This document shows positions 53,894-63,128 of a DNA stretch of 64,000 nt, piece by piece. The DNA is taken from positions 50,060 through 114,059 of the forward strand of contig JAYTFM010000020.1 of assembly GCA_043734425.1 (NCBI GenBank), read 5' to 3'. The notes beneath the pieces are model-generated. The model ran no database searches. It was not told the DNA's origin and was given only the letters and a program-made list of their open reading frames with translations. Made by a program: the position numbers and the translations under genes. The stretch comes from Alphaproteobacteria bacterium (lineage in GTDB: Bacteria; Pseudomonadota; Alphaproteobacteria; Caulobacterales; Caulobacteraceae). Every line of letters begins with the position of its first letter. The stretch's first letter is position 1.

Positions 53894-54988
53894 ATGGACG
53901 CCGCCGCGCGTCGCCAAGGTCGACAGCCCATGATGTCGCTTCCCGGCCGACTTCGCCGCAAGCTGCGGGACTTGCGCGAACGCGCGGCGCTCCGCCGGGC
54001 GCTGCCGCCCTGGGCGCGCGGGCTGTTGGTCTCGGTGCTGACCCCACAGCTGCGCAGCGGCGCGGGCGAGACTCTGGTCTGGTCGATCCAGGGCGACGCC
54101 TCCAGCGCCAGCGTCACCGACCAGTTCAAGGCCAACGCCGAGGAATACAACCGCCGCTATTCAGCTAGCGAGCACTTCGAGGCTCTGTTCCGGCAGGCGC
54201 TGGAGGCGACCGGCGCCAAGGTCGCGGCCGCGCCGCGCATCCTGGACCTTGGCAGCGGCTCAGGTGTCAATTCGGTGGTCCCCTGCCGGCGGCTGTTTCC
54301 CGGTGCGCGGGTGATCGCCACTGACCTGTCAGCCGAACTGCTGGGCATGCTGTCCAGCTATCTGGCGGACGCCGGGGCGCTGGAAGAGGTGGTCTGCGTG
54401 CGGATGGACGCCATGGCGAACCATGTGGCGCCGGGCGCCTTCGAGCTGGTGACCGGGGCTTCGATCCTGCATCACCTGGACCGTCCCGGACAGGGCATCG
54501 CCGCCGCCGGACGGGCGCTGAAACCGGGCGGCCATGCAATCTTCTTTGAGCCCTTCAACGGCTGGTCGATCATCCGGTTGGCGTTCGAACGCATCCTGGC
54601 CGAAGCGCAGCTGCGCGGGACCCCACTGGATCCAGCCGCAGAAGACGCGTTGGCCCGCCTGATCGCCGACACCGCGGCGCGAAGCCGCTGGGATCGCACG
54701 CCGGCCGAGATCGCAAACCTGGACGACAAATGGCTGTTCTCGCGAACCATCATCGAAAAGATGGCCCGCACCGCCGGATTCTCGCAGGTTCAGTTCGTCC
54801 CCCACAATGACCACCCGAGCCTCTATCGCGACTCGACCCTGGTCTATCTGCGGTTGCACAGCGGCGGGGATGACCTGGCGCTGCCGGACTGGGCCATGGC
54901 GGTGCTCGACGGCTTCGACGCCGCCCTGACGCTGCAGGCCAAGCGCGAGCTGATGATGGAAGGCACGGTCGTTCTTACGAAGGGGTAG
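53894..54988 (+). CDS. Class I SAM-dependent methyltransferase
   Basis: ILDLGSGSG, ATDLS, ILHHL, LKPGGHAIFFEP; start at 53894 or 53930. Confidence 0.85.
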   Translation: MDAAARRQGRQPMMSLPGRLRRKLRDLRERAALRRALPPWARGLLVSVLTPQLRSGAGETLVWSIQGDASSASVTDQFKANAEEYNRRYSASEHFEALFRQALEATGAKVAAAPRILDLGSGSGVNSVVPCRRLFPGARVIATDLSAELLGMLSSYLADAGALEEVVCVRMDAMANHVAPGAFELVTGASILHHLDRPGQGIAAAGRALKPGGHAIFFEPFNGWSIIRLAFERILAEAQLRGTPLDPAAEDALARLIADTAARSRWDRTPAEIANLDDKWLFSRTIIEKMARTAGFSQVQFVPHNDHPSLYRDSTLVYLRLHSGGDDLALPDWAMAVLDGFDAALTLQAKRELMMEGTVVLTKG

Positions 54989-55031
54989 TGGCGCTTGCGC
55001 TGCTCGCCGGTGCGGCCATGAGGCCAAGGCA

Positions 55032-55301
55032 CTAGCGATCCTGGGCGCCGTGCCAGATGCGGACGATCTGCACGGCGTCAGACGTCACGCGATAGACAAC
55101 GACATATGGCCATGTGCTGGTCAGTTCGCGGGTTCCTGGAACAAGCCCGGGCCGCCCCCGTTCGGGAAAGTGCTCCAAGCGGTCACACGCGGCGACGATC
55201 TGCACGGCAACCCGCGAGGCGGCGACCGGACTGTCCGCACCAATGTAGGCGCGGATGTTCTTGAGGTCGGCAATGGCCTCGACTGAAAAGTCTACGGGCA
55301 T
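55032..55301 (-). CDS. RelE/ParE family toxin
   Basis: AIADLKNIRAYI, FPERGRPGLVPGTREL, PYVVVYRV, IVRIWHGAQD. Confidence 0.88.
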   Translation of the reverse strand: MPVDFSVEAIADLKNIRAYIGADSPVAASRVAVQIVAACDRLEHFPERGRPGLVPGTRELTSTWPYVVVYRVTSDAVQIVRIWHGAQDR

Positions 55302-55471
55302 TCGGGCGGGGATAGCTCTTTCTTGGTTCCCCAAGAGAGTAACCAGTCGCGCACGGCGGCGTATGGGACCGAGCGACCTATATCAAGCGCGGCTTCGCCT
55401 TCCTTCACTGCAGCGATGAAGGTCGCTTCATCCTGCGAAGGCTTGGGAGGAGTTGCGTGCGACTGCGCCAT
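55292..55471 (-). CDS. Short antitoxin lacking a DNA-binding domain
   Basis: 59 aa; AAVKEGEAALDIGRSVPYAAVRDWLLSWGTKKELSPP; overlaps the toxin start. Confidence 0.72.
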   Translation of the reverse strand: MAQSHATPPKPSQDEATFIAAVKEGEAALDIGRSVPYAAVRDWLLSWGTKKELSPPECP

Positions 55472-55523
55472 GGCGGGAGAATAAACTATTCCGCTCAGCC
55501 GCCCAAGCTGCAACGAAGTCCAC

Positions 55524-56186
55524 CTACGCCAAAAACCCGGCCTCGGCGAAGTCCAGCATCCGGCCCAGCAGCGCCCCAACATCCCCCTCGCGGGTCAGGC
55601 CGTCCGACAGGTGATGCAGACGGTCGAATTCGGCGAAGCGGTTGTTATGCAGCATGCCCAGCGCAAAATGCAGCCGCCAATAGACATCCTCAGGCGCCAG
55701 GGTCGGGCGCGCGGCGATCAGCGCGTCAGCAAAACGCGCCAGGTGGCTGACATCATTGCGCAGCACCTCGCGCATCTCGGCGGTGCCCTCCGAGCGGGCG
55801 CGGATGATGAACTGCACGCTAATCCGCCGCTCATGATCGGGCGCGGCCCAGCGCAGGGGCGGGGCGAAATAGGCTTCCAAAATGTCGCGCACGGTGGGCT
55901 TGCCGCCATGCCGCGCCACCGCCTCGTGCAGCATTCGGGCCCGCACCCGGTTCAGTTCCGCTGTGCGCCGACGGAAGATCTCGAACAGCAGGCCGTCCTT
56001 GGAGCCGAAGTGATAGTTCACCGACGCCAGATTGACCTTGGCCTCGGCGGTGATGTCGCGCACCGAGACGTTCTGGAATCCATTCAGCGCAAACAGCCGC
56101 TCAGCGGCGGCGAACACCGCCGCCTTGGTGGCGGCATGGGTCTCCTCGGTCTCGTCGACCTCGGGCGGGTTCTGGAGGTCGGTCAT
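55524..56186 (-). CDS. TetR family regulator, PsrA-like
   Basis: AAERLFA..GF..VSVRDITAEAKVNLASVNYHFGSK; VYWRLHFALG; FAEAGF. Confidence 0.88.
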   Translation of the reverse strand: MTDLQNPPEVDETEETHAATKAAVFAAAERLFALNGFQNVSVRDITAEAKVNLASVNYHFGSKDGLLFEIFRRRTAELNRVRARMLHEAVARHGGKPTVRDILEAYFAPPLRWAAPDHERRISVQFIIRARSEGTAEMREVLRNDVSHLARFADALIAARPTLAPEDVYWRLHFALGMLHNNRFAEFDRLHHLSDGLTREGDVGALLGRMLDFAEAGFLA

Positions 56187-56223
56187 GCGAACCCCTCAAG
56201 CGTCCACGAACAGGCGCGCGCCG

Positions 56224-57414
56224 TCAGCGCGACAGCTCCTTCATCGCCTTTTCCAGTCCATCCAACGTCAGCGGGAACATCCGGTCGCCGACCAGCTGCT
56301 TCATCACGCTGATCGAGGGCGTGTAATCCCAGTGGCGCTCGGCCGTAGGGTTCAGCCAGACCATCTTGTTAAAGATCTGGCCCACGCGGTCCATCCAGAT
56401 GGCGCCGGCCTCCTCGTTCCAGTGCTCCACCGAGCCGCCCGGATAGGTGATTTCATAGGGGCTCATGGTCGCGTCGCCGACGAAGATCACCTTGTAGTCG
56501 TGCGGGAACTTGCGGATGACATCCCAGGTGTTGAGCTTTTCGGCGTGCCGGCGCCGATTGTCCTTCCACACGCTCTCATAGAGGCAGTTGTGGAAGTAGT
56601 AGAATTCCATGTTCTTGAATTCCGTCCGCGCGGCGGAAAACAGCTCCTCGCAGATCTTGATATGGCTATCCATTGAGCCGCCGATGTCAAAGAACAGCAG
56701 AACGCTGATCTTGTTGCGGCGTTCGGCCCGCATCTGGATGTCGAGATAGCCCTTCTCGGCCGTGCCCTTGATCGTGCCGTTCATGTCCAGTTCGTCGGGA
56801 TGGCCCTCGCGCACCCAACGCCGCAGGCGGCGCAGCGCCACCTTGATGTTGCGGGTGCCCAGTTCGACACTGTCGTCGAGGTTTTTGTATTCGCGCTTGT
56901 CCCAGACCTTGATCGCCTTGCCGTGCCGACCCTTGTCCTGGCCGACCCGGATGCCTTCGGGGTGATAGCCGTTGGCGCCGAACGGACTGTCGCCCTGGCC
57001 GGCGCGGCCGTTCTTGCCCTTGCCTTCGCCGTCCCCGTCGCCCTCTTCCTGCTGGCGCTTCATCTGTTCGGCCAGGGCTTCCATCAGCTTGTCGAAACCG
57101 CCCATGGCCTCGATCATCGCCTTCTCCTCATCGGTGAGGAACTTCTCGGACAGCTTCTTCAGCCACTCAGCCGGGATGTCGCCCAGGATGCCGTGATCGG
57201 TCCGCTCCAGGCCCTTGAACACATGGCCGAACACCTGGTCGAACCGGTCCAGGTTCTTCTCGTCCTTCACCAGCGCCGCGCGCGACAGATAATAGAACTC
57301 ATCGACCGAGCGATCGATCACGCCCTTGTCCATCCCCTCCATCAGGGCGAGGTATTCTTTCAGCGTCACCGGCACCTTGGCTTCGCGCAGTTCGGTGAAA
57401 AATCGCATGAACAT
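56224..57414 (-). CDS. VWA domain protein (CoxE-like, MoxR partner)
   Basis: DIGGSM MIDAS motif, YFHNCLYE, VGDATMSPYE, WLNP. Confidence 0.9.
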   Translation of the reverse strand: MFMRFFTELREAKVPVTLKEYLALMEGMDKGVIDRSVDEFYYLSRAALVKDEKNLDRFDQVFGHVFKGLERTDHGILGDIPAEWLKKLSEKFLTDEEKAMIEAMGGFDKLMEALAEQMKRQQEEGDGDGEGKGKNGRAGQGDSPFGANGYHPEGIRVGQDKGRHGKAIKVWDKREYKNLDDSVELGTRNIKVALRRLRRWVREGHPDELDMNGTIKGTAEKGYLDIQMRAERRNKISVLLFFDIGGSMDSHIKICEELFSAARTEFKNMEFYYFHNCLYESVWKDNRRRHAEKLNTWDVIRKFPHDYKVIFVGDATMSPYEITYPGGSVEHWNEEAGAIWMDRVGQIFNKMVWLNPTAERHWDYTPSISVMKQLVGDRMFPLTLDGLEKAMKELSR

Positions 57415-57426
57415 CGGTGAGCGGCC

Positions 57427-57444
57427 TTCGAACGTCCGTTTGAA
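57427..57444. promoter_or_regulatory. PsrA-type TetR operator
   Basis: TTCGAACG-TC-CGTTTGAA, 1 mismatch from TTCAAACG-N2-CGTTTGAA, 12 bp upstream of the VWA-TetR operon. Confidence 0.7.
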
Positions 57445-57599
57445 CTGGCAGGATGAGGGTTGACCGCCGCCTTGTCCAGTGCGCGCCCGCGCTGATCCGC
57501 GCCAGATGGCGTCTGGTCGTCACGCCATTGTGTGCCGACTTCTCCGAGAGTTGGACGCAGAATTCCCGCACTGCGAGCATGAGGCTCGGGAGCGCGGCG

Positions 57600-60500
57600 A
57601 TGTCTGAGCGGCTGAAGGACGAAGCAGCGCTTCGGGGACGGCTCACCATCAAGGTGGCGGAGGCGCCCGAACTCGGCGGCGCGGCGGCCTCGCTGACCGA
57701 CACGCTCTATTCGCGCGCCGGCGCGCTCGAAGCCGATGTGCTGCTGACCGAGGCCCAGCAGCGCCTGGACGTGCGTCCCGGCGCGAAGGACGGCTTTTCG
57801 ACCGTCCATCGTGGCGGTGATGGGCTTGTATTCTGGGACGTCGCAACGAAGAGCAGCATCACGGTCCCGGCTGAGGCCATGCTGGCGCAGGCCATCCAGC
57901 CGGCCCGCACGTTGAAGGTCGAGCGGAAGGACGAGGGCCAGGAGGTTGTTATCGTCCTCCACACCGAGGACGAGGCGCTGGGCGTCCTGCGCCACGAGAT
58001 TGTGCTGACGACCGATGCAAAGCTGGCGAAGTTCGGCCCGTCGATGCTCCGCCTGCTGCACTGCGGACCGGCCTGCCACGCCACATCGGGGCTCGACTGG
58101 GAGATGCTGGCCGGCGCCGGCCTCATCCTTCGCGAGACCACCTGGCGCGAGGGCCAGAGCGAGCCGCTGAGCCGGCTCGCCCTGGAGAACCTCGAGCACG
58201 TCGCCGCAACGCCGGAGGACTTTCTTCCGCCCAAGGACTACCGCGCGCTGCTCGACATCTGGAAATCCGCCAAGCCGAAGCCCGCCCCGGAACCCTATCC
58301 GGTCGGCGCCGGCGCGGATCCGGATGTGGGTGTGGCGCGCATGGCGCTGAAGGCGCTGCGCCTGAAGGATCGACTCACGCCCGACTGTCTTGGCGGCACG
58401 CGCTTCGGCGCAGTCAGCGCAACCCTGCACCAGGACACGCTCAGCCTGGCAGCCAGCGCGATCAACACCCTGGCGCCCCTGATCGGGAACACCACCATAA
58501 CGGCTGCGGGCTGGGCGATCCCATGGCTCGGGAACCTGGCCGGCGTAGCACCTGCCGCGCCGGGCGCTGGCCTCTCCAGCTTCCTGCGGCAACCGCGCGT
58601 AACGGCGGCGGCCTCGACGACCGGCATGGCGACGGGCGGCCTGGGCCTGCTCGACTGCCTGGCGTTCAAGGCTCTGACAGATGTGAACGCGGTCGGCCTC
58701 ACCCGCACCCAGCGGGAGTTCGCCGCTGGCACACTGTTGACGACCCTGGCGGGCTGGGGACTCCCGGCGCCCGCCGTCGCCAACGCCAGCGCCAACCTTT
58801 TTGCGGCCAGCGGCGCGCTGACCGGCGTCAGTCGCGACGATCAGATCCTGATCGTTGAGGGGTTCGAGACCATGGAGTTGGGCACGCCCACCGTGCCCTT
58901 CCCAGCGTTTGTCGCCAGTGGTTTTGCGTGGGGCTCGATCACCGTGCTCGGGTTCGTCACGCCGCCGATCTTTACGGTTTCCATCGCCGGGGTTGCCGGA
59001 ACCGTAAACTTCGGCGCCATCGCCGGCCCGCTCGTGCCGACTGCAGCCATTGGCGGCTCAGGTAACATCCTCCTGGGCATCACCCTGCCGCCCATCGCGC
59101 TCGCCGCCACCATCACGCGCAGTTTCACGCCCTGGGGCCGGCTTGTCGTCGGGGCGGGCAGCGTCGGCCTGTGCTTCATCGTCCCAGTGCTTTGCCCCTT
59201 TGTACTGACGCTGTTGACCATCGCCGCCTTCCTGGGCAGCAACGTCACCAGCCTGACCGCCGCCGCCCCGGCGCTGGGCCTGACGTACGACATCACCTTC
59301 GACTACGATCCGTCGACCGAGCGCGTGGAGCCGTTCGTCACCATGACGGCCCTCACCGGCGGCGTGACGATCACCAATACCTGGGTGACGCCGAACCTGA
59401 TCGCCAATGTGGTGGAGTCTCTGATCCTGGGTCTGGGAAACCTCACGAATACCTGGGCGATGCTGCTCGGCGAGGCCATCGCCGGAGGCTTGGAGAAAGC
59501 GATGCGGGGCGGTGGGCTGCAGCTGCCTGTGGCCGGCGCACAGCAGGAACTGACGGCGGTGTCCGGCGGAGCGCTCTCGACCAGCGGCAGCATTCTGGAG
59601 CTGTTCGCCGACCTGAAGCCGCGCGACGATGTCACCGCCCACCCCTTCGTCACCCAGACCCCGACGAACAATGTGGTTCGCCAGAACCTGGTCACCGCGC
59701 ATCTGGATATGCGCCGCGACCTCAACCCGCAGCCGGTTCCGGCGCCAGCCTTGCCGGTTCTCAGCGTCGGGACCTTTGCGGCGATGGGTATCTCCCAGAA
59801 CGCGCTGAACGCCTATGTTTTCGCCCAGTGGCTGGCTGGCCGGTTCGAGGTCGCCGTCACCGATCCGGCGATCATCGCGGCCTTCACGAGCATCGCGCCG
59901 CAGTTGTTCGGGCGTCAGCCCAACCGCGTGCACATCTGGCCGTCAGGTCCACCGCGCGTGGAGATCGCTACCGGCGAGGTCGCCCAGGGTCGTGGGCGGC
60001 CGCTTCTGGTCTGGTTCGATGATGTGCGCATCTGCTTCGAGGCGCCGCACCTGCCCGGCAACACCGATGGCTTGAGCTTCGGGGGCTGGGAGTTGGCCTG
60101 CAACTTCCGTCTAGCGGGCACGGTCAACCTCGGCTGGCCCTGGGTGTTCTCCGTCTGGCTCGACCCTCCGCGCCACAGCATCGCCGACGTCGAGCCGCGC
60201 AGCTGGGAATTCGTCGATCTCAACGCCCCGAACGTGATGGGCGCGATCCAGGCGGTGGATCTCGCCAAGATGGTCGATCTGGCGGCGGGCCTGATCGCCG
60301 CCCAGGCCAGCGCCATAGCGCTGCGCCCGCCGCGTCCGCCGATCAGCCCCTGGACGCGGCGCATGCCGGCGACCCAGCAGGTGGTGTTCCCCGAACCGAT
60401 GCTGTCATCGCTGCTCACGCCGCAGAGGGTCTATGTGGAGCTCGAAACGCACCACAAGACACTCTACGTCCTGCCGGCGATCCAGATGGTGCTGCTGGAG

Positions 60501-60659
60501 TTCTTCGACGGCTCGGGCGCGCCGTCGCTGCCGCTGTTCCTCGGCGTCGCTTCGGCGCCAACGCCGTTCCCCGCGACGGTGATGGGGATGCGCGCGGCGC
60601 ACGGCGCGGCGCTGCGCAACTACCTGATACCAATGCTGGGCCTGCCGATCGGGCCTTAA
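57600..60659 (+). CDS. Large hypothetical protein (~1019 aa): DUF4412-like N-terminus, BPI/TULIP-like regions, central hydrophobic hairpin
   Basis: 3-kb uninterrupted ORF with GC-ending codons, GGGAG RBS before ATG 57600; domain calls by visual motif similarity only. Confidence 0.8.
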   Translation: MSERLKDEAALRGRLTIKVAEAPELGGAAASLTDTLYSRAGALEADVLLTEAQQRLDVRPGAKDGFSTVHRGGDGLVFWDVATKSSITVPAEAMLAQAIQPARTLKVERKDEGQEVVIVLHTEDEALGVLRHEIVLTTDAKLAKFGPSMLRLLHCGPACHATSGLDWEMLAGAGLILRETTWREGQSEPLSRLALENLEHVAATPEDFLPPKDYRALLDIWKSAKPKPAPEPYPVGAGADPDVGVARMALKALRLKDRLTPDCLGGTRFGAVSATLHQDTLSLAASAINTLAPLIGNTTITAAGWAIPWLGNLAGVAPAAPGAGLSSFLRQPRVTAAASTTGMATGGLGLLDCLAFKALTDVNAVGLTRTQREFAAGTLLTTLAGWGLPAPAVANASANLFAASGALTGVSRDDQILIVEGFETMELGTPTVPFPAFVASGFAWGSITVLGFVTPPIFTVSIAGVAGTVNFGAIAGPLVPTAAIGGSGNILLGITLPPIALAATITRSFTPWGRLVVGAGSVGLCFIVPVLCPFVLTLLTIAAFLGSNVTSLTAAAPALGLTYDITFDYDPSTERVEPFVTMTALTGGVTITNTWVTPNLIANVVESLILGLGNLTNTWAMLLGEAIAGGLEKAMRGGGLQLPVAGAQQELTAVSGGALSTSGSILELFADLKPRDDVTAHPFVTQTPTNNVVRQNLVTAHLDMRRDLNPQPVPAPALPVLSVGTFAAMGISQNALNAYVFAQWLAGRFEVAVTDPAIIAAFTSIAPQLFGRQPNRVHIWPSGPPRVEIATGEVAQGRGRPLLVWFDDVRICFEAPHLPGNTDGLSFGGWELACNFRLAGTVNLGWPWVFSVWLDPPRHSIADVEPRSWEFVDLNAPNVMGAIQAVDLAKMVDLAAGLIAAQASAIALRPPRPPISPWTRRMPATQQVVFPEPMLSSLLTPQRVYVELETHHKTLYVLPAIQMVLLEFFDGSGAPSLPLFLGVASAPTPFPATVMGMRAAHGAALRNYLIPMLGLPIGP

Positions 60660-60904
60660 TCCGCCGCCAGCGCCTTCAGTTTACGCCACACCGTCATCCG
60701 CGCCACGCCGAGCCGCCGGGCGATCTCGACCGGGCCGAGGCCGGTCTTCTGCAGCGCCAGGATGTCGTGGACGTCGGCGCCGCTCGGACGCGACCCGGGC
60801 TCCAGATCGCTCAGCGCTTCCAGCACCGTGCGCAGAGCCGAACCGCCCACGCCCTCGGTGCTGAGCGGCGGCTGCAAAATCCGCAGGCTCGCGCCGCGCC
60901 ACCG
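60656..60904 (-). pseudogene. 5'-truncated serine resolvase/invertase remnant retaining the C-terminal HTH
   Basis: RGASLRILQPPLSTEG.GG.ALRTVLEALSDLE resembles the end of the resolvase core; GLGPVEIARRLGVARMTVWR HTH; catalytic N-terminus absent. Confidence 0.6.
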
Positions 60905-61426
60905 TCACCCCGGCTCGCGCCGAAGGATGAACTCGTGGTCTGTCGTTCCGCCGACATGAAAATCGTACTCGCCGACCTTTGCAAAGCCATGCCGGGCATA
61001 GAAACGTTGCGCGCCGAAGTTCTGTGACCACACGCCGATCCACAGGTCGCGGGGACCTGCCGCTTCCAGCCAGGCCATCACCTCGGCGAACAGCCGCCCG
61101 CCCAGACCGCCGCCCTGCCAGCCCTTCAGGAAATACAGCCGCTTCAGCTCGCCGCTGAGCGGCGTCACCTCGGGATGCGGCAGGTCGCAAGGCCCGGCCA
61201 GGGCATAGCCGATGGCGCGTCCCTGTCGCTCGACCAGCCACGACGCCTTGGTCCCATTGGCCAGGTCGCGCCGCGTGCGCTCCAGGCCATAGGCGTCCGC
61301 CAGGAAGCCGCTCAGGTCCTGCGGCGGATAGAGATGGCCGAAGGTTTCGGTAAAGGTCCGCGCGCCCAGGGTGGCCAGGGTTTCGGCGTCGTCGGGCCGC
61401 GCGCGGCGCAGAATCGGATCAGTCAT
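60905..61426 (-). CDS. GNAT N-acetyltransferase, PaiA/SSAT-like
   Basis: [52 protein letters not shown]. Confidence 0.9.
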   Translation of the reverse strand: MTDPILRRARPDDAETLATLGARTFTETFGHLYPPQDLSGFLADAYGLERTRRDLANGTKASWLVERQGRAIGYALAGPCDLPHPEVTPLSGELKRLYFLKGWQGGGLGGRLFAEVMAWLEAAGPRDLWIGVWSQNFGAQRFYARHGFAKVGEYDFHVGGTTDHEFILRREPG

Positions 61427-61460
61427 TAGCGTGCCGCGAAATTGCGTTAGGATGGGGTTG

Positions 61461-62384
61461 ATGACAGTTGCGCTTTACACCCATCCGGACATGTTGGACC
61501 ACCGCCCCGCGCGCGGTCATGCCGAACGGCCGGAACGCCTGGGCGCGGTGCTGGACGCGCTCCAGGACTCCGACCTGGACCTTGCGCCCCACGCCGCGCC
61601 GTCGGTCGCCGACGCCGATCTGCTGCGCGTGCACGATGCCGCCTATTTGGCGGAGATTGTCCGGGCCGCGCCAACCACCGGCCTGACCAGGCTGGATCCC
61701 GACACCTGGATGTCCCCTGGCAGCCTGGAGGCGGCCCGACGCGCGGCCGGCGCCGTCGTTCAGGCGGTGCGCGATGTGGCGGCTGGCCAGGCGCAGCGGG
61801 CATTCTGTGCGGTGCGGCCGCCGGGCCATCACGCAGAGCCGGGCGCGCCGATGGGCTTTTGCATCTTCTCCAACGTCGCCGTCGCCGCCCACGTCGCCCA
61901 GGCCGAGGGGTTCGCACGGGTCGCCGTCGTCGACTTCGACGTCCACCACGGCAACGGCACCCAGGCCGCGCTGGCTGGGCGGCCAGGGCTGTTCCTGGCC
62001 TCGATCCAGCAGTGGCCGATGTGGCCCGGCACCGGCCACCCTTCCGAGCCGGTTCCGGACAACATCGCCAATGCGGTCTCGCCCGAGGGCGCGCCGGCCC
62101 AGGTCTGGCGCGCGGCCTTCGAGCGCCTGATGACGCGCCTCGACGCCTTCGCCCCAGATCTGATCCTGGTGTCGGCGGGATTTGACGCCCATGCGCGCGA
62201 TCCGGTCGGCGGCGGCGGCCAGAACCTGGAGGAAGCCGACTTCGCCTGGGCGACACGCGCCATCGTCTCGGTGGCCAACCGCCACGCCGGCGGTCGGGTT
62301 GTGTCCTCGCTCGAGGGCGGGTACGACCTGGAGGCCCTTGGTCGCTCAGCGCTCGCGCACGTGCGGGCCTTGGACGAAGCCTGA
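61461..62384 (+). CDS. Zn-dependent histone deacetylase family protein
   Basis: [44 protein letters not shown]. Confidence 0.94.
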   Translation: MTVALYTHPDMLDHRPARGHAERPERLGAVLDALQDSDLDLAPHAAPSVADADLLRVHDAAYLAEIVRAAPTTGLTRLDPDTWMSPGSLEAARRAAGAVVQAVRDVAAGQAQRAFCAVRPPGHHAEPGAPMGFCIFSNVAVAAHVAQAEGFARVAVVDFDVHHGNGTQAALAGRPGLFLASIQQWPMWPGTGHPSEPVPDNIANAVSPEGAPAQVWRAAFERLMTRLDAFAPDLILVSAGFDAHARDPVGGGGQNLEEADFAWATRAIVSVANRHAGGRVVSSLEGGYDLEALGRSALAHVRALDEA

Positions 62385-62443
62385 GGGGGCGAAGGCGCTT
62401 AAGGTTCAATGGGCGAAACCGCTTCCGAACGGCGACGGCCGTC

Positions 62444-63043
62444 TTGACCGACATCTTGGCTCCAACAGCGCAGCCCGGCGCCATCGTCCTTGCGCGGCAC
62501 GGTGAGCCGGCCTTGTCCCGGCAGGTGAAGCTCACCGCCGCCGAATACCGCGCCTTCTGGGCGCAGTATGAGGTTGGCGGCATCCTGCCGGACCAGACGC
62601 CGCCGGATCGCCTGAAACGCTTCGTGGCCGAGTGCGGAACCCTGGTCACTTCAACCCGCCTTCGCGCCATCCAGAGCGCCGAGACCGTGGTCGGAGACCG
62701 CGCGTTCGCGCGCCACGAGATCCTGATCGAAGCGCCCCTGCCGCCGCCGAAATTCCCGGCCTGGATCCGGTTGTCGCCGCGCCTGTGGGGCTTCTACTCG
62801 CGGTTCTGGTGGTGGTACTTCAATCACCACGCTGGCCAGGAAACTAGAGCCCAGGCCGAGCTCCGCGCCGACCGCGCCGCCGCCCAGCTGATCGAGCTGG
62901 CGGCCGGCGGCCAGAACGTCGTGGTCATGGCCCACGGCTTCTTCAACCACCTGATTGGCCGCAGCCTGCGCAAAAGCGGCTGGAAGCTGGTCGAGAGCGA
63001 GGGCTACAAATACTGGTCGATGCGAAGGTTTGAGTGGGGGTAG
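62444..63043 (+). CDS. Histidine phosphatase (PGM) family protein
   Basis: LARHGEP, STRLRAIQSA, MAHGFFN. Confidence 0.85.
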   Translation: MTDILAPTAQPGAIVLARHGEPALSRQVKLTAAEYRAFWAQYEVGGILPDQTPPDRLKRFVAECGTLVTSTRLRAIQSAETVVGDRAFARHEILIEAPLPPPKFPAWIRLSPRLWGFYSRFWWWYFNHHAGQETRAQAELRADRAAAQLIELAAGGQNVVVMAHGFFNHLIGRSLRKSGWKLVESEGYKYWSMRRFEWG

Positions 63044-63128
63044 GCGGGTGACCCAACAGGATCATGAGGGCCGCTGACGACTCACGGCCAATGATGCACC
63101 ATCAGGTTTCTGAACCAGGGGCAGGTGG

